Below are positions 9,232 through 19,026 of a DNA stretch of 64,000 nucleotides, one piece after another; the stretch's first letter is position 1; the number at the start of each line of letters is the position of its first letter. Where the stretch lies: the IMG/VR virus record IMGVR_UViG_3300047564_002270, positions 95,420 through 159,419 of that record, one strand, 5' to 3'. The notes beneath the pieces are model-generated. The model made no database searches. It was not told where the DNA came from and saw only the letters and a program-made list of their open reading frames with translations. This stretch comes from a virus. The position numbers and the translations under genes were made by a program.

Positions 9232-12200
9232 ATGAGTCCATTACTTGGTTCTACTGGAGGTTCTTCTGAATATGCTTATAGAGGAACTTTAGACGATTGG
9301 CCTAATCCATTTGCAACTGCTCTCAGTGCCCAAAATATTATAGGAACACAAAGCCCAACAATTGCTGCTACTGCCATTTTAACTATTACTGGGATTAACT
9401 ATAAAGCAAGGGTCGTTGTCGAAAACGATAATGCAACTTTATCGATTGATGGTGGAGTTACTTATGTTCCAGCAAGGTCAACGGATGCTTCTGTATTTGT
9501 CAGAGATAATACTACCATCCAAATTAGACTTCAACCAACTTCAGGAACTCTGAGTGATTTTAACAAATCATATACAATTCCTGTTAAAATAGGAAAAAGA
9601 ACAGGGACTTGGGAAGTTTCTACAAGATCAATTGACGAAACTCCGAATAATTTTATTTTTAATGGATTATTAGACCAGCAACTTGGAATTACTACAGTAA
9701 GTAATATTGTTACTGTTTTGGGATTAGAGGCAGGATTTTCTTTTCCTATTTCTGCTTCTGCAAATCAAACTGGAGAGGGAACAACGATTAATATCTATAA
9801 AAATGGATCACTAATCGGAGTTTCAGGAACAGTTGCAAATACTGATCAGATATACCTTTCAACACAAACTCCAAATTTATATGCAACAACAAGAACATTT
9901 ACTGTTCAGGTAGGAACTTTCACAACTACTTGGGGTCTTATAACTAGAGATGCTATTACTACAATAGATCCATTTAGTTTCACTGGCATTTCTTCCGCAA
10001 ATCAACTTGGATTTGGATATACAAGTGGATTTATGACAATATCTGGTGCTGATACGGGACCAGCAAATGCAGACCCATTAACTTGGCCAGGAGATCCAGC
10101 TGCGTTATTAGTGTCAAGAACTGGAACTGGTTCTTTCCAAATTCTGAAATCAGATGGAACTCTAAGATATACTGATCCAGTAAATCCAAGTGCCCCAACT
10201 TATTTTCAAACCTCATCAACCTATGCATTTAATGGTGATAAAATAAATGTTAAGGTGCCTTCTTCCACAAGTTATAGCACAACCACTACAACTACATTGA
10301 ACGTATCGGATAAATCGGCAGCATTTATTGTTACAACAAGACCTGCCCCAATTGATACTATTCCTGCAACATATACATTTTCAGATCTTACAGATCAAGG
10401 AAGAGGTGTAGTAGTCACAAGTGGACCAATTACTTTAAGTGGCATGATTGCCGGATCAAATGGCGTAGCATCTATACCAAGTTCAACTGCAGGAGTTTCT
10501 GCAGAATATAATATAAATGGTAGTCCAACTTGGGTAGCAGGACTCAACCCAGGTCCTGTTAAAAATGGAGATATTATCCGTGTAAGAATGACAACTCCTG
10601 TTGCAAATACTGCGAATGGTGTAACTAATAATACACTAACTTTTAGAGTTAATGGAACAGACACAACAGTAAATAATTCAACCCCAATAGATAATCCAGA
10701 AGGATATACAACTATAACAGGTTTTCAGGAAGATATTTGGAATGTTAGCACTATTGCAAGAAGTTGTCCAATTACTACCTTCAGTATAGCAAATATAACC
10801 AATTCTCCTTTAAATTCTGACGAAATTATAGACTTCACAGTTGGTGGATATAACACTGATTGTCAAATGAATGTCACTGTCAATTCAGTATCTTCTGCTT
10901 TTAATTTTACTCAATTAAATGGATCAACGATAACTCCAGTTAAGACATTAACAAACGTTACACCAGGATCCACTGTTAGATTAACGGTAAGATCTAGCCC
11001 TTCTTATATCACAGGCGTAGCATCGACCATTACAGTTTCCAATAGTGCCTCTGGAGTCACTCCATCAGTTGGATTTAATACGTCCTTTACTATTACTACG
11101 GTTGCTGATACTACTCCTTGGGCATTGTCTCTTACTGCAAGTCCCACAACTATCGAAATAGGATCACCTACTACTTTAACCTGGTCTTCTACTAATTGCA
11201 CAAGTATTCGCTCAGTAAGTTGGTCTGCAACTCCACCAACAAGTCTGAGTGGAACTACTGCACAAACACCAGTAACTACTGGGTCTATTACTTATACAAT
11301 CACGGCATTTGTAAATCCAGCTTCTTCTACTTATACCACTGGAACTACTGTCGAGGGATCTAATAGGTATGCAACGGCATCGGTTACAATTACTGTTAAT
11401 GAAGATTATACTCCTACTTTAAATCCTAATACAACCATATTTTCTTCTCTTACAGGAGTAGAGCCTTCAACTGCAATTCTCAATCTCCTTTCATCTGGTA
11501 ATTTAACAGTGTCTGGAATTACTGCTGCTATAACCGGTTCAGTTACAGGTAGCCCTGGAGCAGCTTTTGCTCTTCCAGTAGCAGGATCTATTACTAACTC
11601 AAATATTGCTAATAATACTGTCATTCAATTAAGAGTAAATGCTTCGACCGATTTCCTTACAGCAACTAGCGCATTTATAAATTTTACCGACCCTTCAGGA
11701 AATTCTGTTGCAACCCAAAGAGAATTTAGAGTGACGACAAGAGAATGTATTCCAGAAGAAAATTCATTTCAATGGCCAGTTGGTCCAGTTGCTAATAATG
11801 TTACACTAACTTATTATACTAATGCGCAATTTACTAATACTTTGGGAACAATAATTTCGGGGGAAACGTTATTAAAAAGTAGACCTCCTACAGGTCTTGT
11901 TGCAGTAGGTGATGCAACAGCATATTATAACTCAATACTTGCAGGATCTGGAAATTTCCAAGGATCTACTGCATCTATTCAATGGACGGACTTGGTATCT
12001 GCTATTTGGGATGCATTTACTTTAAATGCACAAAGACCTCCTGCGCAATTTGAGATTGAATCTTTATTGCAAAATCTTAACCCCAGTAGTTATACTGGAA
12101 TTGCGGTTGGAGCAACTCCTTGGCAGACTGTCCTTAACTCAGCAGCAACAAGCAATACTACTAGAATTAGAGATACTGCGTTTCCAATTCTTAACAGTTG

Positions 12201-12249
12201 CACTACCAGAGCAGCGACAGTTGGGACTATCAAAACTGGTGCATATTAA
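9232..12249 (+). CDS. Thr/Ser-rich virion structural protein (tandem beta-sandwich repeats)
   Basis: 1005 aa; AGGAG SD; repeated D-x-T-P-x-x-F-x-F modules. Confidence 0.75.
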   Translation: MSPLLGSTGGSSEYAYRGTLDDWPNPFATALSAQNIIGTQSPTIAATAILTITGINYKARVVVENDNATLSIDGGVTYVPARSTDASVFVRDNTTIQIRLQPTSGTLSDFNKSYTIPVKIGKRTGTWEVSTRSIDETPNNFIFNGLLDQQLGITTVSNIVTVLGLEAGFSFPISASANQTGEGTTINIYKNGSLIGVSGTVANTDQIYLSTQTPNLYATTRTFTVQVGTFTTTWGLITRDAITTIDPFSFTGISSANQLGFGYTSGFMTISGADTGPANADPLTWPGDPAALLVSRTGTGSFQILKSDGTLRYTDPVNPSAPTYFQTSSTYAFNGDKINVKVPSSTSYSTTTTTTLNVSDKSAAFIVTTRPAPIDTIPATYTFSDLTDQGRGVVVTSGPITLSGMIAGSNGVASIPSSTAGVSAEYNINGSPTWVAGLNPGPVKNGDIIRVRMTTPVANTANGVTNNTLTFRVNGTDTTVNNSTPIDNPEGYTTITGFQEDIWNVSTIARSCPITTFSIANITNSPLNSDEIIDFTVGGYNTDCQMNVTVNSVSSAFNFTQLNGSTITPVKTLTNVTPGSTVRLTVRSSPSYITGVASTITVSNSASGVTPSVGFNTSFTITTVADTTPWALSLTASPTTIEIGSPTTLTWSSTNCTSIRSVSWSATPPTSLSGTTAQTPVTTGSITYTITAFVNPASSTYTTGTTVEGSNRYATASVTITVNEDYTPTLNPNTTIFSSLTGVEPSTAILNLLSSGNLTVSGITAAITGSVTGSPGAAFALPVAGSITNSNIANNTVIQLRVNASTDFLTATSAFINFTDPSGNSVATQREFRVTTRECIPEENSFQWPVGPVANNVTLTYYTNAQFTNTLGTIISGETLLKSRPPTGLVAVGDATAYYNSILAGSGNFQGSTASIQWTDLVSAIWDAFTLNAQRPPAQFEIESLLQNLNPSSYTGIAVGATPWQTVLNSAATSNTTRIRDTAFPILNSCTTRAATVGTIKTGAY

Positions 12250-12252
12250 TTT

Positions 12253-12260
12253 TATAAATA
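12253..12260 (+). promoter_or_regulatory. T4-type late promoter
   Basis: Exact TATAAATA upstream of ORF 12295. Confidence 0.75.
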
Positions 12261-12294
12261 TATAAAAGGGTGGATAGGGAAACCCGGGGGAACT

Positions 12295-15200
12295 ATGGCC
12301 ATAGATAAGAATTTTGTCGTTAAAAATGGTCTTGAAGTAAGTGATAATTTAATCCACGCTGATGCAGTAACCAAAAGAATCGGTATTGGAACTGATCAGC
12401 CAGAATATCTTTTAGACGTTAAGGCAATTCCGAAACCCGGAGAAGTTATAGTCGGAATTGCAACAACGACCGTTGCAATTTTTAGAGGAGATGTCATAAT
12501 TCAAGGTACTCTTGATGTTGCCAATGATGAAATTAATTTAGACTATGGAGACATCACAAATATCATCGGTGAAAATTTAAATTATGGTATTGGAACTATT
12601 AGGAACTTTACTTCCACCAACGCAGGAATTACAACACTAACAGTAACAAATATTAATGCTGGTCCAGGAATTGCTTCCTTACCTCTTATAGTAAGTGGTA
12701 TTGCAACGGTTGATCTTGGAATCGGAAATACATTAAGATATCAGACTGGTTTTATAACTTCAATAATAGGGTCTAATTTAAATTATAGTATCGGAACGAT
12801 TACGAATCTAAGTGGAACTATTTCAACAATTACAACTTCCACTGGCACAGATTTAGAATATACTAATGCTTACATCAGCAATCTTTATGCACAAAGTGGA
12901 ATTGTCACAACATTAAATTCAACTAATGCCACTTTAACTAGTGTATCAGGGGATAACTTAACATATAATACAGGAACCATTACTACATTTACTTCAAGTG
13001 ATGGAACTATTACAAATCTAACAGGAACTGCAGTTACTTATTCTGCAGGAAATTTCACTAATATTGTTGGTGTTTCTGTTACTGCTACAGATTTTAGTGG
13101 AGAACAAGCGACTATTAATGTTCTTGACGGAGAGCAATTAAACTATGCAATAGGAACTTTTAGAAATTCACTTTACGTCAATAGTGCTCTTTATGATGAT
13201 AATAGACAGTATGGAAATTATGGTCAATATCTAAAATCTTTAGGAGGAACTGGAGGATCTGATGGAGGTCCAGCAGTTCAATGGGAATCTTTTGGTGTTC
13301 TTAGAAATAGAGAAGTATTTACTGCATCTGCAGGGCAATCTGAATTTGCATTCCAATATGATTTATCAACTTTAGGAGATCCCCCAGGAATCGGAATCGG
13401 AGTAAATCCAGAAGCATTATATCTTGACGTTTATCTAAATGGAGTTAAGTTAATTCAAGGTGATGATTATATTGCAACTTCTGGAGTCGGAATTACCTTA
13501 ACTACTCCAGCAGATTTAGGTGATATTATTGAGATGAATGCTCTCATTGATAATGATCTAATTTTGATTGATGGTGCAACAATCACAGTCAGTAATTTCG
13601 GAGAAAATGCTGGTATAGCATCTTTTATTGATTTTACAGACAATATGTTTGTAATTGGAGCAGGTGGACCTGGTATTGTTACTGTTGGTGTTGCTCTGAG
13701 TGGAACTTATGTAATTGACGTTGCTGGTATTAGTTCATTTACAGATACTGTTCTAATTAATCAAGTTTCAACTGCTAATACATTTTATGCAGTCAATCTT
13801 ACTGATTTGACTGGTGGAATAGGAACTTATAAGGATACTTTTGTTGATGCTGATCTAGCAGGTCTTATCTATTACCCATTAGGACCAAAACTTGGAATTG
13901 GCGTTAGTATATTAGAGGATTATAATTTAACAGTAGCAATTGATGCCAAAATTGGTAACATTGCTCTAGAAACAAATACCCTTACTGGAGAGGCAAAAAT
14001 TTCTCCAACTCAATCGGTAGTTTCTTTAGGAACAACTGATAGAATTACAATTGGTTCTTCTCTTGCTGTTGAAAATGATATAACTGCCGAAGGTTCAGTA
14101 ACTGCAGAAGAATATTATGGTGATGGTGTAAATCTTGTAGGGATTGTAACTCAGATTGTTGCTGGAATTGGTGTTAATGTTTTCGGATCTCAACCACAAG
14201 GAAAGGGTGTAGTTAAGATTGATGCATATCGTCCAATCGGTAAAACAATTTATGTTTCTCAAACTGGTGATGATAATAATACTGGATTGGCAGAGAATTA
14301 TCCAAAGAGAACAATCAAAGCAGCTGCTGGTGCTGCTCTATTTGGAGATACTATTAAAGTATTCCCTGGAGTTTATGTTGAAGAAAATCCCATTCTTCTT
14401 AAGAAAACAGTCGCAGTTGAGGGAACTGAACTCAGAAACTGCGTTGTTACTCCAAAGTATCCCAACCAAGACTTATTCTTTGTAAACAATGGTTGCCACC
14501 TAACAGACTTGAGTTTCATTGGTCCTCAAATGACCAATGGAGCAGCAATTGTTTCATTCGAACGTTTGCTGGGCGTTTCAACTGGTAGATACTTTGATGC
14601 TGCGAGATTAATTCGTTTAAATCTTGATTACATTGCTAAAGAGTCCGTAGGTTTCCTTACAAGTGGATTTAGTGGATTTGCAGGAACTCATAGAGAGCAG
14701 GATGCTGGTAGACTACTTGATCTAAATCTCGATTTCATTGCAGAAGAAACTGTTGCTTGGTTATACACTCCTAATGCTGATCCATCACAAGGATATCTTG
14801 GTTCAGCAGGTCTTGCTTTAACAACAACGGGTCTTACAGGATCTCCCCCTCCAGTCCCAGCAACAGTGAAGCAAAGTTGTAAGGATGATGTTAAGGACAT
14901 TATCCGCTCCATTTCGAATGATTTAAAAGCAAATAGCAATAGAAATTCAGTTGGAGCAGGAAAATCTTATTATGATCCTTCAGGAAACTTACTTCATATT
15001 AATGGGCAGGATGGAAATGGTAATAGCATTCGAGCGGCAACAGTTGCTGCAATTAACCATGCGGTAGGAATTGCAACATATATTATCAATAATATTGATT
15101 ATAAGGCTCAACCTGGAATTGTATCATTTACAAGTACAAATCAAAACTTTAGTTATTCTCCGATCATTGTTCCTGGAGGATGTCCAGAAACTATTACCAA

Positions 15201-17757
15201 AATAAATGGACTACGTGATAATATTGTGAATATTATCAGTGATTATAGCACTCTTGCCGGAATTACCACAATATATGGAGTAAATATTGACTCAAGTCTT
15301 TGCGCAAAAGACGTTAAAAATATTTGGAAAGGAATTTGTTTTGATATTACAAGAGGTGGAAATTCTAAGTCTGTGGGTGCTGGCAAATCCTATTATGATG
15401 AAGATTGGAATTTAAAAACAGGAATTCTTAAGAACCCATCAGAAGTTGAGCAAACTATTGCGACTTTAGACTACTCATTTAAAGTAGCACGTTCAATAGT
15501 CAATAACTGCACTTGGGGAGGATATCCGGTAGGAGTTGGAACTAGCGTTTCTAACGCAGTTTATGATCATGTAACTGGAATTACTACTATTACAACTAAT
15601 GGTCCTCACGGATTGAGTAAAGATGATCCAGCTAGAATTGTTGGATTAGCATTTACTTGTAGTTATGATGGTGGGGCAACACAATTAATTTTCCCAAGGG
15701 AAGGTGATTATGGTGTTATATTCCCAGTTCAATCTGTAGTTGGACCAAATACATTTACTTTTGTCGGCGGAGCATCAACACTCCCTCATTATTACACTAC
15801 TGGAGGAACAGTTCAGAAATATCAAAACTTCCAACAAGAATTTACTCAGGTTAAAGATCTTGGAATTCAGGTCGACCCAGAAACTGGATTTAATAATAGT
15901 GTTAATTCTTGTGCAAATGTTATTTCTGCAATGCATTCTTGCATCGGAGTTGTAACTTCTATTGTTGGTTTAGGATCAACCGCGTTCTCCACTGTTGGAT
16001 TTAATACAACATATCCAGGAAACAGTGGATATGGATTTAATTCAGTAACATCAGTAATTGGCGCAACATATGATAATACAAGTGGAATAGCAACAATTAC
16101 TGCTCCAGGAATTCTAGTTAAAAAAGGTGATTTAATTGAGATTAGAGATCTTGAGTTCTCTTGTTCATATGACCCATCAAACATATTAAAGTTTCCATCA
16201 GGTTATTATGGATATGATTTTAATATTGATAAAATAAATCCAGATGGAAGTTTTGCAATTAATGTCGGAGTTTCAACAATTGTTCATAATTATGAGGGTG
16301 GTGGATTTATTGTTAAGCGTTCTATAGGTGTCACAACTGCTTCTTATAATAATGTAACTGGTATTACTACAGTAACAGCAGCAGGTGCAGTTGTTAAGAA
16401 GGGAGATCTAGTTGTTCTTAGAGATCTTGAGTTTTCTTGCACAAGTGGTGCTGGAACTACAACATTATATCCAACTGGTAATAGAGGATTTACTTTTGAA
16501 GTTCTTAATATTATTGGTGGAGACTCAGATGGTTCCAATACATTTGTTGTAAATGTTGGACCATCAACAATTCCTCATACTTATCAGGGTGGTGGAGTTG
16601 TTCTTCCACCATATTCCAAAGGAACTGGACCTGTAACTCAAGGTCCTTATGTAAGAAACTGCACCAACTTTATTCCAGGAAGTATTGGAATGCTTGTGGA
16701 TGGTGTTAATGCTGAACCAGGAGACCAAGACGATATTGGTGTTACTGGAGCAATGAGCGTTGACTCATATACTCAATATAATCAAGGTGGTATTGGAGTT
16801 TCTATTACCAACGGTGCTTATTGTCAGTTAGTTTCTATCTTTACAATTTGCGATGATATTGCGATTTACACAGGATCTGGCGGTCAGTGTGATATTACAA
16901 ACTCTAACTCATCATTCGGTAATTATGGTCTTGTTTCCAATGGTGTTGGTGGACCAGATAGTAAATCAATTTATAGATATACTGGAAATATTATTGTAAA
17001 TAAAGACGGAAATGAACCTGCCGCTGAACAGGCAACAATCACAGTTTCTGGAATTGGATCATATAGACCATATGATGGACAAGCTCTCTACTTTGGTGAA
17101 CTGTTCTATACTGTTCAAAGAGTAGAAATTACTGATGGTGGAAGTGGATATAACGAGGATGATCCTCCAATAGTAACTTTTGATGATCCTGAAGGTGAAA
17201 ATGGAATTACTGCAGAAGCATTAGTAACTGTAGAAAATGGAAAAGTCGTTTCAGTTGACCTTGTAAGTAGCGGAAGTCAATATAGAACTCCACCAGATAT
17301 TAGATTTAGTGGTGGGGGAATTGGCATTACAACTGCTACTGCACAGGCAGTAATGACTCCAATTTATTATACAATTGAAAGTGCAACTCTTCCTAGTGCT
17401 GGAATTTCTACAATTATATTGAATACAAATCTAAATAATAACGTAAGTGTAGGAACCACGGTTTATTTCTCCAGATTAAGTTTGCAGATTGCTACAACAA
17501 TTTCTTTTGAATGGGTTGGGGCAGGAACAGACATTAATAGAGCAAAACCAGGATTAGGTGGTGTAGTTGTTCCAGAAAATCAAGTTGTTAAAATTGACGG
17601 CGGACAAGTTGTTTATACCAGCACAGACCAGGCTGGTAACTTTAGAATTGGTGATGGTGTAACCGTCAATCAGCTTACTGGAACCGTATCTGGTAGAGCA
17701 TTTAATCAAAGTTTGTTAAATACAGTAACTCCACTCATCATCGCATTAGGTAAGTAA
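12295..17757 (+). CDS. large tail fibre/baseplate-associated structural protein (beta-helix)
   Basis: 1820 aa; MAIDKNFVVKNGLEV fibre-type N-terminus; IYVS..GDD.N.G....PKRTIKAA beta-helix start; three YD/N..TGITTIT...LEFSC repeats. Confidence 0.8.
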   Translation: MAIDKNFVVKNGLEVSDNLIHADAVTKRIGIGTDQPEYLLDVKAIPKPGEVIVGIATTTVAIFRGDVIIQGTLDVANDEINLDYGDITNIIGENLNYGIGTIRNFTSTNAGITTLTVTNINAGPGIASLPLIVSGIATVDLGIGNTLRYQTGFITSIIGSNLNYSIGTITNLSGTISTITTSTGTDLEYTNAYISNLYAQSGIVTTLNSTNATLTSVSGDNLTYNTGTITTFTSSDGTITNLTGTAVTYSAGNFTNIVGVSVTATDFSGEQATINVLDGEQLNYAIGTFRNSLYVNSALYDDNRQYGNYGQYLKSLGGTGGSDGGPAVQWESFGVLRNREVFTASAGQSEFAFQYDLSTLGDPPGIGIGVNPEALYLDVYLNGVKLIQGDDYIATSGVGITLTTPADLGDIIEMNALIDNDLILIDGATITVSNFGENAGIASFIDFTDNMFVIGAGGPGIVTVGVALSGTYVIDVAGISSFTDTVLINQVSTANTFYAVNLTDLTGGIGTYKDTFVDADLAGLIYYPLGPKLGIGVSILEDYNLTVAIDAKIGNIALETNTLTGEAKISPTQSVVSLGTTDRITIGSSLAVENDITAEGSVTAEEYYGDGVNLVGIVTQIVAGIGVNVFGSQPQGKGVVKIDAYRPIGKTIYVSQTGDDNNTGLAENYPKRTIKAAAGAALFGDTIKVFPGVYVEENPILLKKTVAVEGTELRNCVVTPKYPNQDLFFVNNGCHLTDLSFIGPQMTNGAAIVSFERLLGVSTGRYFDAARLIRLNLDYIAKESVGFLTSGFSGFAGTHREQDAGRLLDLNLDFIAEETVAWLYTPNADPSQGYLGSAGLALTTTGLTGSPPPVPATVKQSCKDDVKDIIRSISNDLKANSNRNSVGAGKSYYDPSGNLLHINGQDGNGNSIRAATVAAINHAVGIATYIINNIDYKAQPGIVSFTSTNQNFSYSPIIVPGGCPETITKINGLRDNIVNIISDYSTLAGITTIYGVNIDSSLCAKDVKNIWKGICFDITRGGNSKSVGAGKSYYDEDWNLKTGILKNPSEVEQTIATLDYSFKVARSIVNNCTWGGYPVGVGTSVSNAVYDHVTGITTITTNGPHGLSKDDPARIVGLAFTCSYDGGATQLIFPREGDYGVIFPVQSVVGPNTFTFVGGASTLPHYYTTGGTVQKYQNFQQEFTQVKDLGIQVDPETGFNNSVNSCANVISAMHSCIGVVTSIVGLGSTAFSTVGFNTTYPGNSGYGFNSVTSVIGATYDNTSGIATITAPGILVKKGDLIEIRDLEFSCSYDPSNILKFPSGYYGYDFNIDKINPDGSFAINVGVSTIVHNYEGGGFIVKRSIGVTTASYNNVTGITTVTAAGAVVKKGDLVVLRDLEFSCTSGAGTTTLYPTGNRGFTFEVLNIIGGDSDGSNTFVVNVGPSTIPHTYQGGGVVLPPYSKGTGPVTQGPYVRNCTNFIPGSIGMLVDGVNAEPGDQDDIGVTGAMSVDSYTQYNQGGIGVSITNGAYCQLVSIFTICDDIAIYTGSGGQCDITNSNSSFGNYGLVSNGVGGPDSKSIYRYTGNIIVNKDGNEPAAEQATITVSGIGSYRPYDGQALYFGELFYTVQRVEITDGGSGYNEDDPPIVTFDDPEGENGITAEALVTVENGKVVSVDLVSSGSQYRTPPDIRFSGGGIGITTATAQAVMTPIYYTIESATLPSAGISTIILNTNLNNNVSVGTTVYFSRLSLQIATTISFEWVGAGTDINRAKPGLGGVVVPENQVVKIDGGQVVYTSTDQAGNFRIGDGVTVNQLTGTVSGRAFNQSLLNTVTPLIIALGK

Positions 17758-17758
17758 A

Positions 17759-18115
17759 ATGGCAGCAGTAGCTCTTAATAAATTCAGAACAATCCGAGTT
17801 GGCATTACAACCAATATGGTAGGAATATACACTTGCCCTATTGGTGTTGCTTCCATTATTATTCTTTCTCAGGTTACTAATATTGGAACAGGATCTTCTG
17901 TTCATACAGTAACTGCGGTTCATTCTCGCAATAAATCGACTGATACTGGAGATTATAAATTTGCTAATGGAGTTTCTATTCCACCTAATGATAGTGCCAT
18001 TTTAATTCCAGATGGAAGACTTGCTCTTGAGACTAATGACTCTATTAAGATTAAAGGAAGTGAGAATGGAGTTCTTGAGTTGGTATTAAGTGTTCTGGAG
18101 ACTGCGAAGCAATGA
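17759..18115 (+). CDS. small structural protein
   Basis: 118 aa in the structural operon; IYTCP...LVLSVLE pattern seen in phage fibre loci. Confidence 0.7.
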   Translation: MAAVALNKFRTIRVGITTNMVGIYTCPIGVASIIILSQVTNIGTGSSVHTVTAVHSRNKSTDTGDYKFANGVSIPPNDSAILIPDGRLALETNDSIKIKGSENGVLELVLSVLETAKQ

Positions 18116-18981
18116 CACGAAGAACTAGGATATTATCAATACTGGGAAGTTCTATTGGTATTAATACAATTACCAATTCAGTATCTCTTGGGTCTTCAAC
18201 TTCCCCAATGTCATTTCAAAATGGTATTATTGATTCTAATGCAGGTGTTGGATCTACTGGATTTGTTTTAACTTCTATTGGTGCTGGAGTTAGTTGGTCT
18301 TCATTAGGACAAAGTGCCCAAGGAATTCAAGGACGTCAAGGAACTACAGGAATAGGATCACAAGGACTTCAAGGAACTCAAGGTGTTCAAGGACCTAGTG
18401 GTGTGGGAACTGGAGGATCTGGATCTCAAGGAATTCAAGGTCTCTCAGGTTCTGTTGGTGTTCAAGGTGCTACAGGTGCTACAGGAATAGGATCACAAGG
18501 ACTTCAAGGTGTTCAAGGTGCTACGGGAATAGGATCACAAGGAGTTCAGGGAGTTCAAGGTCCAAGTGGTGTAGGAACTGGAGGATCTGGTTCTCAAGGA
18601 ATTCAGGGAGTTCAAGGGATTTCCGGCATTGTTGGAGTTCAGGGAGTTCAAGGATCTACTGGATCAAGTGGAATAGGATCTCAAGGTGCTCAAGGAGTTC
18701 AAGGGATTTCCGGCATTGTTGGAGTTCAGGGGGTTCAAGGATCTACTGGTCCCGTAGCAGGATCTGCTAATCAAGTAGTATACAAAAATGCATCAAACGT
18801 TGCAACAGGTTCTTCATCACTAACTTTTGATGGGTCAATTCTTTCAGCAAGTGGAATTATCATTGCTGCTAATGGATTTATGAGTTCTGCATCAGACTAT
18901 CCAGTGAAAATTGATGTTGTTGGAAGTACACTTGTATTTTCTGTTGCTGGTATTGGATCAGCTACATTGAACCTGGTCTAA
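18112..18981 (+). CDS. collagen-like fibre protein
   Basis: G-X-Q triplet runs; ATGA-coupled to the previous gene. Confidence 0.75.
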   Translation: MTRRTRILSILGSSIGINTITNSVSLGSSTSPMSFQNGIIDSNAGVGSTGFVLTSIGAGVSWSSLGQSAQGIQGRQGTTGIGSQGLQGTQGVQGPSGVGTGGSGSQGIQGLSGSVGVQGATGATGIGSQGLQGVQGATGIGSQGVQGVQGPSGVGTGGSGSQGIQGVQGISGIVGVQGVQGSTGSSGIGSQGAQGVQGISGIVGVQGVQGSTGPVAGSANQVVYKNASNVATGSSSLTFDGSILSASGIIIAANGFMSSASDYPVKIDVVGSTLVFSVAGIGSATLNLV

Positions 18982-18984
18982 ATA
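18978..18984 (+). promoter_or_regulatory. T4-type late promoter
   Basis: CTAAATA upstream of ORF 19027. Confidence 0.5.
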
Positions 18985-19026
18985 ATGAGAACAAGAACTA
19001 ACATAATTCACCTCAAAAATAGTTAA

